Below are positions 56,201 through 63,453 of a stretch of DNA of 64,000 bases, piece by piece. Every line of letters begins with the position of its first letter. The stretch's first letter is position 1. Position numbers and translations under genes: made by a program. This DNA is from Candidatus Omnitrophota bacterium (lineage in GTDB: Bacteria; Omnitrophota; Gorgyraeia; Tantalellales; Tantalellaceae), in NCBI GenBank assembly GCA_049642065.1, contig JBAROK010000099.1, forward strand, positions 85,661 to 149,660. Direction: 5' to 3'. A model generated the notes under the pieces. That model was not told the DNA's origin, did not search any database, and saw only the letters and a list, made by a program, of their open reading frames with translations.

Positions 56201-58372
56201 AGTAAAAGAATTCCTGCTCAAGATATCATCCGCCATCACAGCATCGAACACTTTAAGGATGTTGTTTCTTCTATCTACGAACTCCTGCGGAGGCTGCTCC
56301 TGGGCCGGGCTTACAATAGTTGGACCTTCTTGGGGTTTTATCAGAACGGGTTCTAGTGTACGTTTAGGTTGCGCTTGCGGCTTATTTGCCGGCTGCACCG
56401 GTTTCCTTACTATGCCTTGCTTAAGTTTTTCATCGATCATCCTCTCCCACAGAGGTTTCGCTTCTGTTTCCAGCCTAGCGCGTTCCCGTTTAGCATCTTC
56501 ATCGGAAAAATCCCTTATAGCCACCAGAAGCAAGTAAAGCTCTTCAGCATCAGCCGGTTTTGGATCCAATACGTTTACTGAAGCAGCCAGAGCACTGAGC
56601 ATCTTGTAAAGGCCCAAAAGATCATTGGGTTCCTTGTGCAGTAATACTGTTCCCAGCCTCTTCTTATCGCTTCCTACCTTCAGTGAATCAAGCGCCTTTG
56701 CCTGCGGCACCTTTATAAAATTATATCCATCATCCTGCACACGGCACATTTCCATACAAGCGCTGCGAAGATGTGTCATGACCGTGGAAACGGATTTTGT
56801 GCTAAGCCCCTGGGTAGCCCCTACTCTTGCTACCAGGTCTTTAAAATTCATATTCGAGAGCAACAATGTATCTTCCAGCATAGCCGTCAGCTGTTTTTCT
56901 CTCTCTGCTTTAACCTTCTTTTTCTTAAGTGCAAGCAATATCCTGACGGGAAAATATATAAAAAACATCCTGCGGCCTAAATACAAAGTTTCTGTACGTC
57001 CGGTCTTACTAAATCCTCTTGGAGTAAATACCCTGACGCCCCTGGTAATTACTATCGATAACCTGCCTTCTTTGGGCTGGATATTCCATTTAAACATCAG
57101 CTTTTTCTTTTTCTCCGCGTCCTCTTCAGCCATGTATTTTGAAAGGCGACCTTTAGCCCGGTATATCTTTACTAGGACCTTTACGTTATCAATAAGAAGT
57201 ATCGTCAGTATAAATGCCGGGATAAGAAGCCATGGGCTTATATTTGCCACTAAGGACATTGGGAGAACGGCTGGCGCGACAGAAAGGTCGGTATCGTCTT
57301 CATCCTCATCTGCTCCACCTTCTCTAGCTTTTCTTGTAAAAATATAATCGTATCCTGCTATGAGATCATATTGTTTCTGTTGTTTTATACTTGTCCTTGC
57401 CTCGAAAACAGCCCTTGAGTGAGAAGATTGTCTTAAAAACGCTATCCTGTCCTCTTCCTTTTCGACCCTGGTTCTCACGCTAACAACGGATCTTTGCATA
57501 TCTTCATAAACATATCCGCCGAGACCCGCGTTCATTTTCATTAATTCGTTGAGAGAGTACTGGAGATTAAGACCTTCAAACACTATTATCTGAACGCCCT
57601 TCCTGTGAGGCGTCCAAAGATCTCGACTGAGCCTAGGAATATTTATAGTCCGATCCGGCTTAACGTAATTGTCGATCGATATCACCTTACACGAGCTTAT
57701 TTTGTCCTTTATCCCTCGTGCAACAATAGTGGTCTTTCCCGAGCCCGGATTTCCATCAATAAGCACCATGACTTTTTTGCCGGAGCCAGTTACATCCTGT
57801 ATGCGGGTGATTATCGGATCGATCGTATCCGTTTTAACATCGCGTTGCAGTTTTTTAGCTTTTTTCTTTATGGGCGCAGGAGAAGCTTCCTTCTCCTCTT
57901 TCTTTAAAAGCTGGCAGCTCAGATAATCGTTTATGGTCTTTTCCCATGCCACTTTCGTAATACCATCAGGCAAAACTAGTCCCGTCATGCGTGGGTTAAA
58001 ATATCTCAGAACACAATCATCCGATATGCGGACAAATACCTGCCCTTCCTCGGCGCCACCTTCCACGCGGATACTCGGCTGGTCTAATTGTTCGGAAGCG
58101 ATCTTGCGGATACGATCCAGCATCTCTTGCACTCCGGCAAGCGGCATATTCCTGAAATCCTTTGACATTACCAGTTCCAGATATTTAGCCGTAGCCCTGG
58201 CTATAGAGTCTGAAGTATCGTCTGAAGTTAAGAGTGTCTGTTGTGCAAGAGTATTTACTGAAGGTCTTGAGGAAGGATATGCCCATGCAAAATCGTAGGA
58301 AATAAAGCATATAAGCGTTATTACCGCGACTACACGAAACAGTATTCTTTGTCTGGTCCTCTCCAAAAACAT
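44216..58372 (-). CDS. giant (4718 aa) multidomain polytopic membrane protein
   Basis: Single uninterrupted 14,157-nt ORF on the minus strand. Domains in order: N-terminal signal-anchor TM; uridine-kinase/PRK-like P-loop (Walker A GNPGSGKTT); several TM helices; extracytoplasmic segment with YD-repeat-like motifs, a clan GH-A (GH5 mannanase-like) core (RGANLPW, WDVLNEP, HYY, GELEP) and a beta-rich Ig/FN3-like region; long helical cytoplasmic regions; two duplicated PCMT-like SAM-methyltransferase modules (IASPTGH...LDMGSGTGKAV and LDLGSGTAKAV); a GHKL ATPase-like module (DNGIG, GGRGIF). Confidence 0.85.
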   Translation of the reverse strand: MFLERTRQRILFRVVAVITLICFISYDFAWAYPSSRPSVNTLAQQTLLTSDDTSDSIARATAKYLELVMSKDFRNMPLAGVQEMLDRIRKIASEQLDQPSIRVEGGAEEGQVFVRISDDCVLRYFNPRMTGLVLPDGITKVAWEKTINDYLSCQLLKKEEKEASPAPIKKKAKKLQRDVKTDTIDPIITRIQDVTGSGKKVMVLIDGNPGSGKTTIVARGIKDKISSCKVISIDNYVKPDRTINIPRLSRDLWTPHRKGVQIIVFEGLNLQYSLNELMKMNAGLGGYVYEDMQRSVVSVRTRVEKEEDRIAFLRQSSHSRAVFEARTSIKQQKQYDLIAGYDYIFTRKAREGGADEDEDDTDLSVAPAVLPMSLVANISPWLLIPAFILTILLIDNVKVLVKIYRAKGRLSKYMAEEDAEKKKKLMFKWNIQPKEGRLSIVITRGVRVFTPRGFSKTGRTETLYLGRRMFFIYFPVRILLALKKKKVKAEREKQLTAMLEDTLLLSNMNFKDLVARVGATQGLSTKSVSTVMTHLRSACMEMCRVQDDGYNFIKVPQAKALDSLKVGSDKKRLGTVLLHKEPNDLLGLYKMLSALAASVNVLDPKPADAEELYLLLVAIRDFSDEDAKRERARLETEAKPLWERMIDEKLKQGIVRKPVQPANKPQAQPKRTLEPVLIKPQEGPTIVSPAQEQPPQEFVDRRNNILKVFDAVMADDILSRNSFTVAEFMQARQSEFGMGTVVYMLELLGKMGVLCATASRMKPPVYQLDDRFYTLPQDRIEIIRTVLYNLGDEIDPQSVFDTKTYIEKVLWDSKGGGPNPRNYAYGTVPFFPAEVSGFTAFLTVGAGIIALLNLNLCVKILKAKIFLKKYLLEKDPEERRKLEEKAGYNARYQGYNHFVSIARGVVVEVSKDANGKARTETVFFKFLAQLLYLPIILVRGIGRVIIALVVAIPVKNAKLLMSIVTARKEWKKYLLLPEGDHRRVGLNHDIKKDSRGYYKHIAPGIHVYGWKAGKNRVKVDVRVRNLGVALWYSPLGLVIWIRQFAADTLARCKNNIREKKASIANIMKEWREAREKKAKNKRLRDELKKNELFNTPGMEIFLDKAVAYTFYPDLVEKLGVVSVNISLLLKDGYRTFTITEPDGRVPWNTIELEKGLTVKKALDSGKEVNFLKVARLLHKKLGNMNFEYFEVEKMWEIYHILIMIKGLGARETDTPKQRKSRIDRIFPNTLLSILVLLLLPFTAFAAPANLSYTYHSPSGYIETETYLDDWDGDTPADPSDDVPAGTVVHRIDEAFYDNGTPVNLSDDYGRPDRKTHPDGSYEEYEYYTGTDNIHYIRGYTSGGSPVFVYETISATFAIKTYTSGAGASYHLDSGNQYVNAERDTDGTIRTYEYDGSWNLTEMMAYHPDGRQDRHDYIQEVVEELTPGWKFYRGANLPWLKYGYDIGDGVNGETYEGLNTKRAQLLQQLNRFKGSAVRVFIFCDLRSGVTFDGGGTPTGLSTHVFDDMDALVEAAQVLGIRLIPVVLDYMIADNINMEGPNPVGEYPDLITDNAKRAALINVIRPFIQRYAGRPEIEMWDVLNEPIEITTSTSLTVAQVQIFITDFINMIHAEDSGSRVTIGAQSRQILLDNWTGLGQDIDQAHYYDYMVPWYPLTDDISTWGSGLTSFGFFFGELEPTGVSGKLDDIYGSAVDGGGLFWQDTTGFTITDPQADTIRHWYDSAAQRPFPPDLVSVTDSNGSRTFTVTWQPYTGALAGSVTGYTINIGGETFYIAGAGTFSAVIDLPDHIYSGTYNLSIRTEVPDPQRDSDYSTPVTISAGQSPDEGRSGGSCSMADGKMSSNSIFGTLIPYLLLVTVLLLLRHGHRTRREEKEESEEEDSEMPESMAKKKKRRPASGNVLDGFNTVMANKDFRESVFTSITFGPCRLNEDGNPFSYRTIKSELDGMVALGILNAGRPSEPFEPIEFTLTERYRRAGKHLDSIRKVLDLLSPRPSEEELVWVKAKLDSQVFAEGEDLTYYYLRALPKMNLRLIRLGAERVTLEKELKQDPENADKKEQLEKCQQRIQVLKTEITLEEELITPPDYELKRTGDRDYRAEAKDKMRRAIEMMEKKNEPAASALLRAAKQRFAEELLQLSKTKVKMRGPRVWKDVEDKLHNVLRGQYISHGISADRDVLIKEWIPHRSETIWQGIRSCDREIDNILRERDWVLSIGKRMKEYIDILDQRRRTLPSAKTGEPLPQPEVSDEEKECMRVLLSEITESLKRAQVEEKVITHTACEFALELLDLGEYRSMLEEMMAARSLLRRRHFSLTKQIDKIRTGRLAILREYVRARNSRTIWKLDRILEMFEAGNRQKARDWMMGMTRDNDIKSEPEFHRMLPVLWQAINNIDTAGKENTVRRNIGIMKERVRSMVLLDSFMDGLREKYVDARLQGKAEAYYDRIFTEDFNRYLKFARDNNIGRGSPRLLWTTFYLAAYVSMNMPDPAKPSKKIDSPLFPAMLDLVRMIEADSIPDLTKAIEKKKKKYANVYEILLEYDLKGFTSLDALSSVHWRRFLSALSKDAGLNEEQEGELLKVASVPPQVENLTDVARLDIYWREMWKEYIDTVAQRKLTGDMAERYRQLIGEALNPVKWPGIFEEDWEEGFVKENSALSMDDLAKRFLSHYPGINWFRKDLRKVTAFNGAKATMNDIYTNMLVGLTPGLPPETIKSTKERIWILREWIYRHWNGSPRERSYDVISRTVGMEDISGKLSQDEAVAHIGRYYDEGEGAGRVTGYKHTVGDGHFIASPTGHLKLLSEWLLDENKSALDMGSGTGKAVAVFSRYAGHVKGVENDLSLLAESESCVVDLADIVDNGKIELYYGSLIDEDLSKYDLIYIFWPEYGEDKYRDYVKDRLQEKLLEELKPGAHFVIISATDTEKFSELEEVEPPFTVPDVRRLTIYRKPEEPSSSPVETEPKAEEGPSEKDLGAEVSDISAFNRLESILSILRDKKGMAFSGDVVEAWLRYLDKRGLTEREFKDGTWIVTIKDETVDYIDKTTVDEKLAVSIMRVARTVRRRVIKPEGGVSAINFKGSDGIWRIVGFQSELNKDVISHELKEVQERRLNPSMHWTEAHNRAVEATGVGVTLDTRMRGISRIGRGEDVGSLFGGRSKRSAGTMPGYLDIMGEHEKLDAEIKRLSKKKTTHLKGAEQKLGKNVLRSMVSYLRKESMRIREEETTYLNAMQGISKQIFAIKTKMDAIAAEINLLNDAGSQGDPSSFSRSNTTVIAGEEAYEHMLQFTQNVDTVRIDEASLDMFLENVYRMAKCLEQLNTYSQTHTLDPRENVILKNINVMMWWLFGAREDNANARVVEVSRVAIERHLKLVTDDMHGFVQSRNAKGAARYLDSAMVIKLLTVQRAINTVRKEIGINETIYKKGHAKMLSTLWGDYLGSFRKMRDAQVQTLRDIYQKMERQYAEAHTHRDSYDSSKTKAVEKRMFIETVANRLDNFSADKDYRAGEKGIFICDVKSPVFSTGQDTHVEVDTSDIYITKEAFEKLIEVDPENMSALAARILRLFGERDLLLAQAVERCNIETGFAHNKLRSLRVELGNAGEDKVKVEDITGRMSKLSREILEMEDENNRIHAESDPAKILDWLRNRLTSTREWVRTIGYMNFAKDYIEFIPNIKFLERILANHKKMIEIEVEMIRTISHPSGHRGALLAGLQEEIDMTVDTLDKGFAVVDHIPDVNLGSLTYTGESRTSYAHSLVGLGFADSGITIGVVLGALAVIAILHEVARQVWIRKRVRGFARRHPVIDGFFNKIFRKSFVPAFISHIICGISGTKLGRVTLKDVLTHSKVPGSPDEAVGLIDRYYQTGENTKTLTVAKATARGGIFTSSKTPDIALVAKAFLDEDKRALDLGSGTAKAVSIFSRYAGYVKGIEQDAPLHAEGEACIRDLSDKMDMSNVELEEGNYFDEDFSQYDLVYIFWPLYHRNVEREMKRRLEDKLVRELKPGALFVINSPMPGGPFSRLEMVDDARFGKTRMLIYRNRPQPEEIPEDFDVGLSEDVFCDLEESVEYGVIEKTEELLAKVNEQSDIKAIALMGQSIKDAEHLNAPADKLIAFQYSVTEWLTGMGLSVDEALELKQSFGEFALNIIEHSKEGIAENERDVFGVIACRARREDDKILIEFFAKDNGIGCDLSGMMRQMKHIKDEGLFLPGGRGIFVAAIPLKNLNEDSLTLISLGKELMFNGIRDANGIPEGVVTSQPGTGSGTTVRMNLKRHIYEDAEEALVESLEADQPVGTEKSRLDIEEIEARFIKVFSEKQDISWIARGHKVHATVVYDEDFENFVVAPETSYREEHPELGVLDAAAAQMFIGPEGSFGQIEVKFEIVDRRPAIVFDEMQASRGYREMTDSKVRERHRKWVESALRCMVNTAKDLGIELFYASHKDRIERRYRNMKISLRPVNLWEHYEFPFKRKGWQSVVFDDTDYEWETLAEDEGGACFWELDEKKYEFTATDGPAYEELPSTDVMGKMEHVVPEMVNGFMTAGHGKKIVIAIDQELGSGWTRKQLRKTMDALSHLALGDDQLSDLLRNVVIRHGKADSLSSGLESLVDRGDVGKENIIIITNETNREAYFKGFEGASTITGIDDEELTDGFYYPLVEIVLFTVARALKYDRENLIRCYRNISNSLNLDDDAIWQRCWDPVTETYRTTMVIKLIPGAVKLPGDRGLYRDIRQYIASRA

Positions 58373-58440
58373 ACTTTTCCTTATATTAAAAACTTGATTC
58401 GTCTAGGTGTTTTTTCTCTTAACCTTTATAAGTTTATAAT

Positions 58441-58469
58441 ACTATAGCACTTATAATATAGAATGTCAA
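58441..58469 (-). promoter_or_regulatory. sigma70-like promoter for the giant gene (-35 TTGACA, 17-nt spacer, -10 TATAGT) in the AT-rich divergent intergenic region
   Basis: Minus-strand reading CCAATTGACATTCTATATTATAAGTGCTATAGT; the AAGGAAAAGT RBS precedes the ATG at 58372. Confidence 0.45.
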
Positions 58470-58562
58470 TTGGCTTTTCTGGCTATTTTATAACTTAACT
58501 TTTATTCTCTTAACCCCTTTAAGATATTGACTTTAAAAGGGTATTGTTATAAACTTTTTTAT

Positions 58563-59768
58563 ATGCGAAAGATTGAAAAATTGCAAAAAGAGGACCTTTC
58601 AAAAGCTGACCTCGAGCAGCTTTTTGAAAAAACAAAGAACGAGCTGGCGATGCTGTCTGAGATCACTCACGCTATCATGCAATCGCTTGAACTTGACCAG
58701 GTTCTCTATACCATACTTACCGCGCTTACCTCACATGAAGGATTGGGCTTCGACAGGGGCATGTTCTTTCTTATTAACGAAGAGAACAACTCCCTTGAAG
58801 GAAAGATGGGGTTAGGACCCCTTTCTATCGAAGAGGTTGAAAAAGGCTGGCATAAAATGGCAGATCCCAGGTTCACTCTGCAAAACCTTATGAACGCTTA
58901 CCTGGAATTTAAAACAGCTCCAGAATCAAAGCTGAACGGTGTGATAAAAAGTATATCCCTCCCCCTGCGGGAAGACGCCGGCATACTAGTACTTACGGGC
59001 CTCGAAGGAATGCCGTTTGAGATTAATAACGAAGAAGCGAGATCTTTAGTCAACCGTCAGATCGAAAACCTTTTGAATTTAAAGAATTTCGCAACAGTAC
59101 CGCTTAAGACAAGGAACCGCACTCTAGGCGTGATAGCCGTTGATAATATCTTTTCAGAAAACCCTATAACAAAAGATAATATCCGCATACTGAACATGTT
59201 CGCCGATCACGCGGCTCTTGCTATAGAAAATTCAAGGCTCTACGGAGAAACCGTTCACCTTTCCAGGACCGACTGGCTTACCGGATTGTGGAATACGCGT
59301 TATTTTAATAACGTGCTGGACAGCGCCTTAAAAGACGCTGCAGACGAAGAGACTTGCCTCAGTCTCCTGATGATAGACATAGATAATTTCAAGAAATATA
59401 ACGATACCCTGGGACATCAAAAAGGCGACCAGGCTATCAAAAAGGTCGCACATCTCCTTGACTCTTCTTCCCGGAAAAGCGATTTCGTGTGCCGTTACGG
59501 CGGCGAAGAGTTCTGCGTAATAATGTCGGAAATCGATAAGAGCGATGCAAAAATGATCGCTGAAAGGCTGCGCGAAAAAGTTGAGGATTCATTCAAGAAT
59601 GATGACTCTACACCCGAGGAACTTAAACTTACCGTAAGCCTTGGGCTTGCCACTTTCCCGTATGACGGATCCGAGAAGAAGGACCTTATACAGAACGCGG
59701 ATCTTGCGCTTTACCACGCTAAACAAAGCGGAAAAAACAGGACCTGTCAATACCCCGTTGGAACCTAA
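58563..59768 (+). CDS. GAF-domain diguanylate cyclase (GGDEF)
   Basis: C-terminal GGDEF domain with intact active site RYGGEEF and an N-terminal GAF-like region. ATG at 58563 preferred over the upstream TTG of the track ORF. Confidence 0.85.
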   Translation: MRKIEKLQKEDLSKADLEQLFEKTKNELAMLSEITHAIMQSLELDQVLYTILTALTSHEGLGFDRGMFFLINEENNSLEGKMGLGPLSIEEVEKGWHKMADPRFTLQNLMNAYLEFKTAPESKLNGVIKSISLPLREDAGILVLTGLEGMPFEINNEEARSLVNRQIENLLNLKNFATVPLKTRNRTLGVIAVDNIFSENPITKDNIRILNMFADHAALAIENSRLYGETVHLSRTDWLTGLWNTRYFNNVLDSALKDAADEETCLSLLMIDIDNFKKYNDTLGHQKGDQAIKKVAHLLDSSSRKSDFVCRYGGEEFCVIMSEIDKSDAKMIAERLREKVEDSFKNDDSTPEELKLTVSLGLATFPYDGSEKKDLIQNADLALYHAKQSGKNRTCQYPVGT

Positions 59769-59788
59769 AGACTCTTTTCGCCACTAAA

Positions 59789-59827
59789 CAAAAAAGAGGC
59801 CGAATAATATTCGGCCTCTTTTTTTCT
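59789..59827. terminator. bidirectional rho-independent terminator between the convergent GGDEF gene and smc
   Basis: AAAAAAGAGGCCGAATAATATTCGGCCTCTTTTTTT: 10-bp perfect stem with A-run and T-run flanks. Confidence 0.7.
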
Positions 59828-59843
59828 TCCACCTGGGATCTTG

Positions 59844-62800
59844 CTATGCGCTTACTGGTATTGTTTCAGCGCCTGCGCCTTCTGTTTCTTCAGTAAACTT
59901 AACAGACACTATCTTCGATACGCCTTTTTCCTCCATGGTAATACCGTAGAGGACATCCGCAAGCTGTATCGTCATCCTGTTGTGGGTCACTATAATGAAC
60001 TGTGAGAGCTTCAAGAATTCCTGGAGCACCCGGCAGAACCTCACGATATTGGATTCATCAAGCGGAGCGTCAATTTCGTCCAATATACAGAACGGGCTGG
60101 GATTGACCTTGAATATCGCAAAGATCAAGGCGATAGCGGTCATGGCTTTTTCACCGCCGGAAAGCTGCATTATATTATGCAGTTTTTTACCCGGAGGCCT
60201 TACCACTATATCGATACCGCATTCGAGCACATTCGATTCGTCTTCAAGAACAAGCTCAGCTTTACCTCCGTTAAAAAGCATCCTGAAGTAATTGTTGAAC
60301 TCTTTCCGTATACTTTCAAAGGTCTCCATGAAGAGCTTGCGGGTAGTGCGGTTTATCTTTGTAATGGCCTGAAGAAGCGCTTCCCGGCCGTTCGTAAGGT
60401 CTTCCCGCTGCTGGGTAAGGAACTGGAACCTCTCCTCAAGCTGCTTGTGCTCTTCCATCGCGCCCAAGCTGACATCACCCATCTTCTCCAGCTGCTCCTT
60501 AAGATCTTCTATCTGGGAAACTATCTGGTCCCAGTCCTCGTTCTCGTCTATCTGAATATCGAGCTGCGTGATGTCCACCTTATAAGTATCCAGCATCTTG
60601 TCTATAATAGCGCTGCGTTTATACTCGATCTCCTTTTTCATGATGTCCTGGTCTCTAGTTTTGTCCCTTAGAGCCTCTAGCTCTTTTTCTTTCCGCCTTA
60701 AAGACTCTTCCTCCCACTGTATCTCTTGAGCCAGTTCGTCTTTTCTTTCCTTCTTACCATCTATCTCGCGGTCCTTAATCTCGACCAAAGCTTTATGTTC
60801 AAGGTTGTCCCCTTCGAGCTTACGGCTCTCTTCATCCAACGCTTTGATGCGTTCACCGTTCTCGTTTATACGTTTACGTTTATCTTCTACCTCGCTACTC
60901 ATCCGCACACAGGTTTCTCGTTCCCTTCCGAGGTTCTCCGATAGGTTCTCCTCGTCCCTCAAAAGACCCGAAAGCTCTATCTTTAGATCCGATATAAGAT
61001 AAAAGGTCTCTTCTTTATACCGCGTGCTTTCCTGAACCTCGTTCTGAGATTCCTCTATAGCCTGCTGTAGCTTTGAATTCTCTTCTTCTAATCCCTTCAG
61101 CACATGCTCATGACTGTCGCGTTCTTCTTGCAGCTGCCTTATTGCTTCCTCTTCTTCTTCGATATCCGAGTTCAGGATAAGGAGCTCTTCGCTGAGTGAA
61201 TTGAACTTTTCTTTTACAGAAACTCTCCGGGAAGATATGCTGGCAGCTTCAACTTCTTTAGCCCTTAATTCCGACTCTAATCTGCCCTTTTTCTCGGCGG
61301 AATCTTTTAACCACCCTTCAAGTTCGGCTATCTGAATGTCTATCCCTTCGATCTGACCGGTCAGGGTATTTTCTTCCTCAACCATCTGGTTAACTTTTTC
61401 CTGGCGACCGAAAAGCGGAACAACATCCTTGGTAGAATAATTCCTACTGCGCCTCATGCCTTTCTGATAGATCTCGCCTTTTTCTCCTATCACCCGGCCA
61501 TTGAAATCACGGTTATTATCTATAAATATGCGAGCTGCATCCGGGGATACCGCTATAAAAGCGTCCTTAAAAAGCTCAGCCAAAGCCGAATCATAAGGCT
61601 CCTTAGCAATAAGTACCTTGTTAAGATCACCGAGAGAACCTCCTGCTGCCGGTATACTTTCACGACTTTGAGTAACTTTCCTGAGCTCTTCCAAGATAAT
61701 AAGGTTAACACTCTCCATAGAGTTCTCCGCAAGATAAGCTATTATCTTTTCGGCTGCTTCCCTGTCCTCAACAACAATTGCATGAGCTGCATCACCGAAA
61801 AGTGACTCCAGAGACTCTTCATAAGTCTCTCTCACGTCGATAAGCTCCGAAAGTATCCCATGCACCCCCGCAAAACGCGGATCATTGGATTCTACCTGTT
61901 TTATGATATTCTTGACACTGCTATTTGCCCCTTCACGTTCAGCGATCAGTTTTTGCAGAAACTGCCTACGGGGCTTTATCTCGTTAATGCGCTTCTCCTT
62001 TCCCCGCTTCTCTTCGTTGAACATAGAAAGTTTCTGTTGCTTGGAAATATACTCAGTGTTAAATGTATTGAACTCGCGCCGTTTTTCTTCAAGCTCCCTA
62101 CTTGAAACCTCCGCCAGCTCCTCAACCCGGTTAAGTTCTTCGGATACGTTGTCCCTTTCGGTACTGACGTTACGTCTTTCCATCTTGAGCCTTTTTTCTC
62201 TGGAAAGAGTGTTCTGGATATCCGCGTTTATCTTGATAAGCGCGTTCTTTGTCTTTGTCTGTTCGGTAACTAAATCAACTGTCTTATCCCTATTAACCTT
62301 CAGTTCGTTGCGATGCTTCTCCAGCTTCTCAGTAAGTTCTCTAACATTCTCTTCAGCTGAAGCAAGTTCTTCCTGTTTGCTAGTACGTCTTGTGCTTACT
62401 TCAGAGAACTTCACTTCCAACCCCTCAAGCCGGATTTTAAGCGAATCATTTCTCTCGGTAGCTTCTTCTATCTCCCAATCCAGACGTTCTACATAACGTT
62501 GAAGCTCCTGTATCCTTTCTTTATTTACCTCTATTACATGGCTATTCTTGTCCAGATCCGAAGAAAGCTGCATGACCTCACCTTGTGACTTCTGCAACTC
62601 ATCCACGGTAATGTTAAATTCTTCTCTCAACCTCGCGAGATTAACAGTAGATTCTTCCAGTTCGGTTGCTAATCTTTCTGAGGTATCTTTCAGTTTTCCA
62701 TGTTCAGTATCCACAGAACTGTCATCTGTGCTCAGTCCCATGAACTTCTTGTAGTTCATCTTAACATCAAGAGATTTAAGTTCATCAAAACGCGCCTTGT

Positions 62801-63443
62801 ATCTTTCGGCCTTTCTTGCTTTACGTTCGATAGAGTTTATCTGCCTTTCGACTTCGCGTATGATATCGTTTATCCTTGTAAGGTTCTCCTGAGTGCGTTC
62901 CAGTTTGAGCATGGCCTCACGCTTCTTTGACTTGTACCGGGTTATTCCGCTGGCTTCTTCGAATATGTAACGGCGGTCTTCCGGTTTGGAGCTCAGAATC
63001 ATATCCATCTTACCTTGCTCAACGATCGAATAGGAGCTTGTGCCTATACCGGTACCCATTAAAAGATGCCGGACATCGGCTAGCCTGACAGGCGTCTTGT
63101 TAAGCAGATACTCACTTTCCCCTGACCGGAAAAGCCGGCGGCTTATGATTACCTCATCGTAATCCACAGGAAGCGACCTATCCTCGTTGGATAAGGTCAG
63201 AGACACTTCCGCGAGACTCACCGGATCCTGCTTCTCTGTACCATTGAAGATAACATCCTGCATCGAAGAAGATCTCATGGATTTAGACGACTGTTCTCCG
63301 AGCACCCATTTTATCGCGTCAACTATGTTGCTTTTGCCGCATCCGTTAGGTCCGACAACAGCCGTGACGCCAGGTTCGAATTTCAGTTTCGTCTTGTTTA
63401 AAAATGATTTAAAACCTACTATATCAAGTTTTTTTAGATGCAT
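59844..63443 (-). CDS. smc: chromosome segregation protein SMC
   Basis: 1199 aa; Walker A GPNGCGKSN, long coiled coils, hinge, C-terminal signature LSGGEK and Walker B. Confidence 0.95.
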   Translation of the reverse strand: MHLKKLDIVGFKSFLNKTKLKFEPGVTAVVGPNGCGKSNIVDAIKWVLGEQSSKSMRSSSMQDVIFNGTEKQDPVSLAEVSLTLSNEDRSLPVDYDEVIISRRLFRSGESEYLLNKTPVRLADVRHLLMGTGIGTSSYSIVEQGKMDMILSSKPEDRRYIFEEASGITRYKSKKREAMLKLERTQENLTRINDIIREVERQINSIERKARKAERYKARFDELKSLDVKMNYKKFMGLSTDDSSVDTEHGKLKDTSERLATELEESTVNLARLREEFNITVDELQKSQGEVMQLSSDLDKNSHVIEVNKERIQELQRYVERLDWEIEEATERNDSLKIRLEGLEVKFSEVSTRRTSKQEELASAEENVRELTEKLEKHRNELKVNRDKTVDLVTEQTKTKNALIKINADIQNTLSREKRLKMERRNVSTERDNVSEELNRVEELAEVSSRELEEKRREFNTFNTEYISKQQKLSMFNEEKRGKEKRINEIKPRRQFLQKLIAEREGANSSVKNIIKQVESNDPRFAGVHGILSELIDVRETYEESLESLFGDAAHAIVVEDREAAEKIIAYLAENSMESVNLIILEELRKVTQSRESIPAAGGSLGDLNKVLIAKEPYDSALAELFKDAFIAVSPDAARIFIDNNRDFNGRVIGEKGEIYQKGMRRSRNYSTKDVVPLFGRQEKVNQMVEEENTLTGQIEGIDIQIAELEGWLKDSAEKKGRLESELRAKEVEAASISSRRVSVKEKFNSLSEELLILNSDIEEEEEAIRQLQEERDSHEHVLKGLEEENSKLQQAIEESQNEVQESTRYKEETFYLISDLKIELSGLLRDEENLSENLGRERETCVRMSSEVEDKRKRINENGERIKALDEESRKLEGDNLEHKALVEIKDREIDGKKERKDELAQEIQWEEESLRRKEKELEALRDKTRDQDIMKKEIEYKRSAIIDKMLDTYKVDITQLDIQIDENEDWDQIVSQIEDLKEQLEKMGDVSLGAMEEHKQLEERFQFLTQQREDLTNGREALLQAITKINRTTRKLFMETFESIRKEFNNYFRMLFNGGKAELVLEDESNVLECGIDIVVRPPGKKLHNIMQLSGGEKAMTAIALIFAIFKVNPSPFCILDEIDAPLDESNIVRFCRVLQEFLKLSQFIIVTHNRMTIQLADVLYGITMEEKGVSKIVSVKFTEETEGAGAETIPVSA

Positions 63444-63453
63444 GTTTCCCCTT

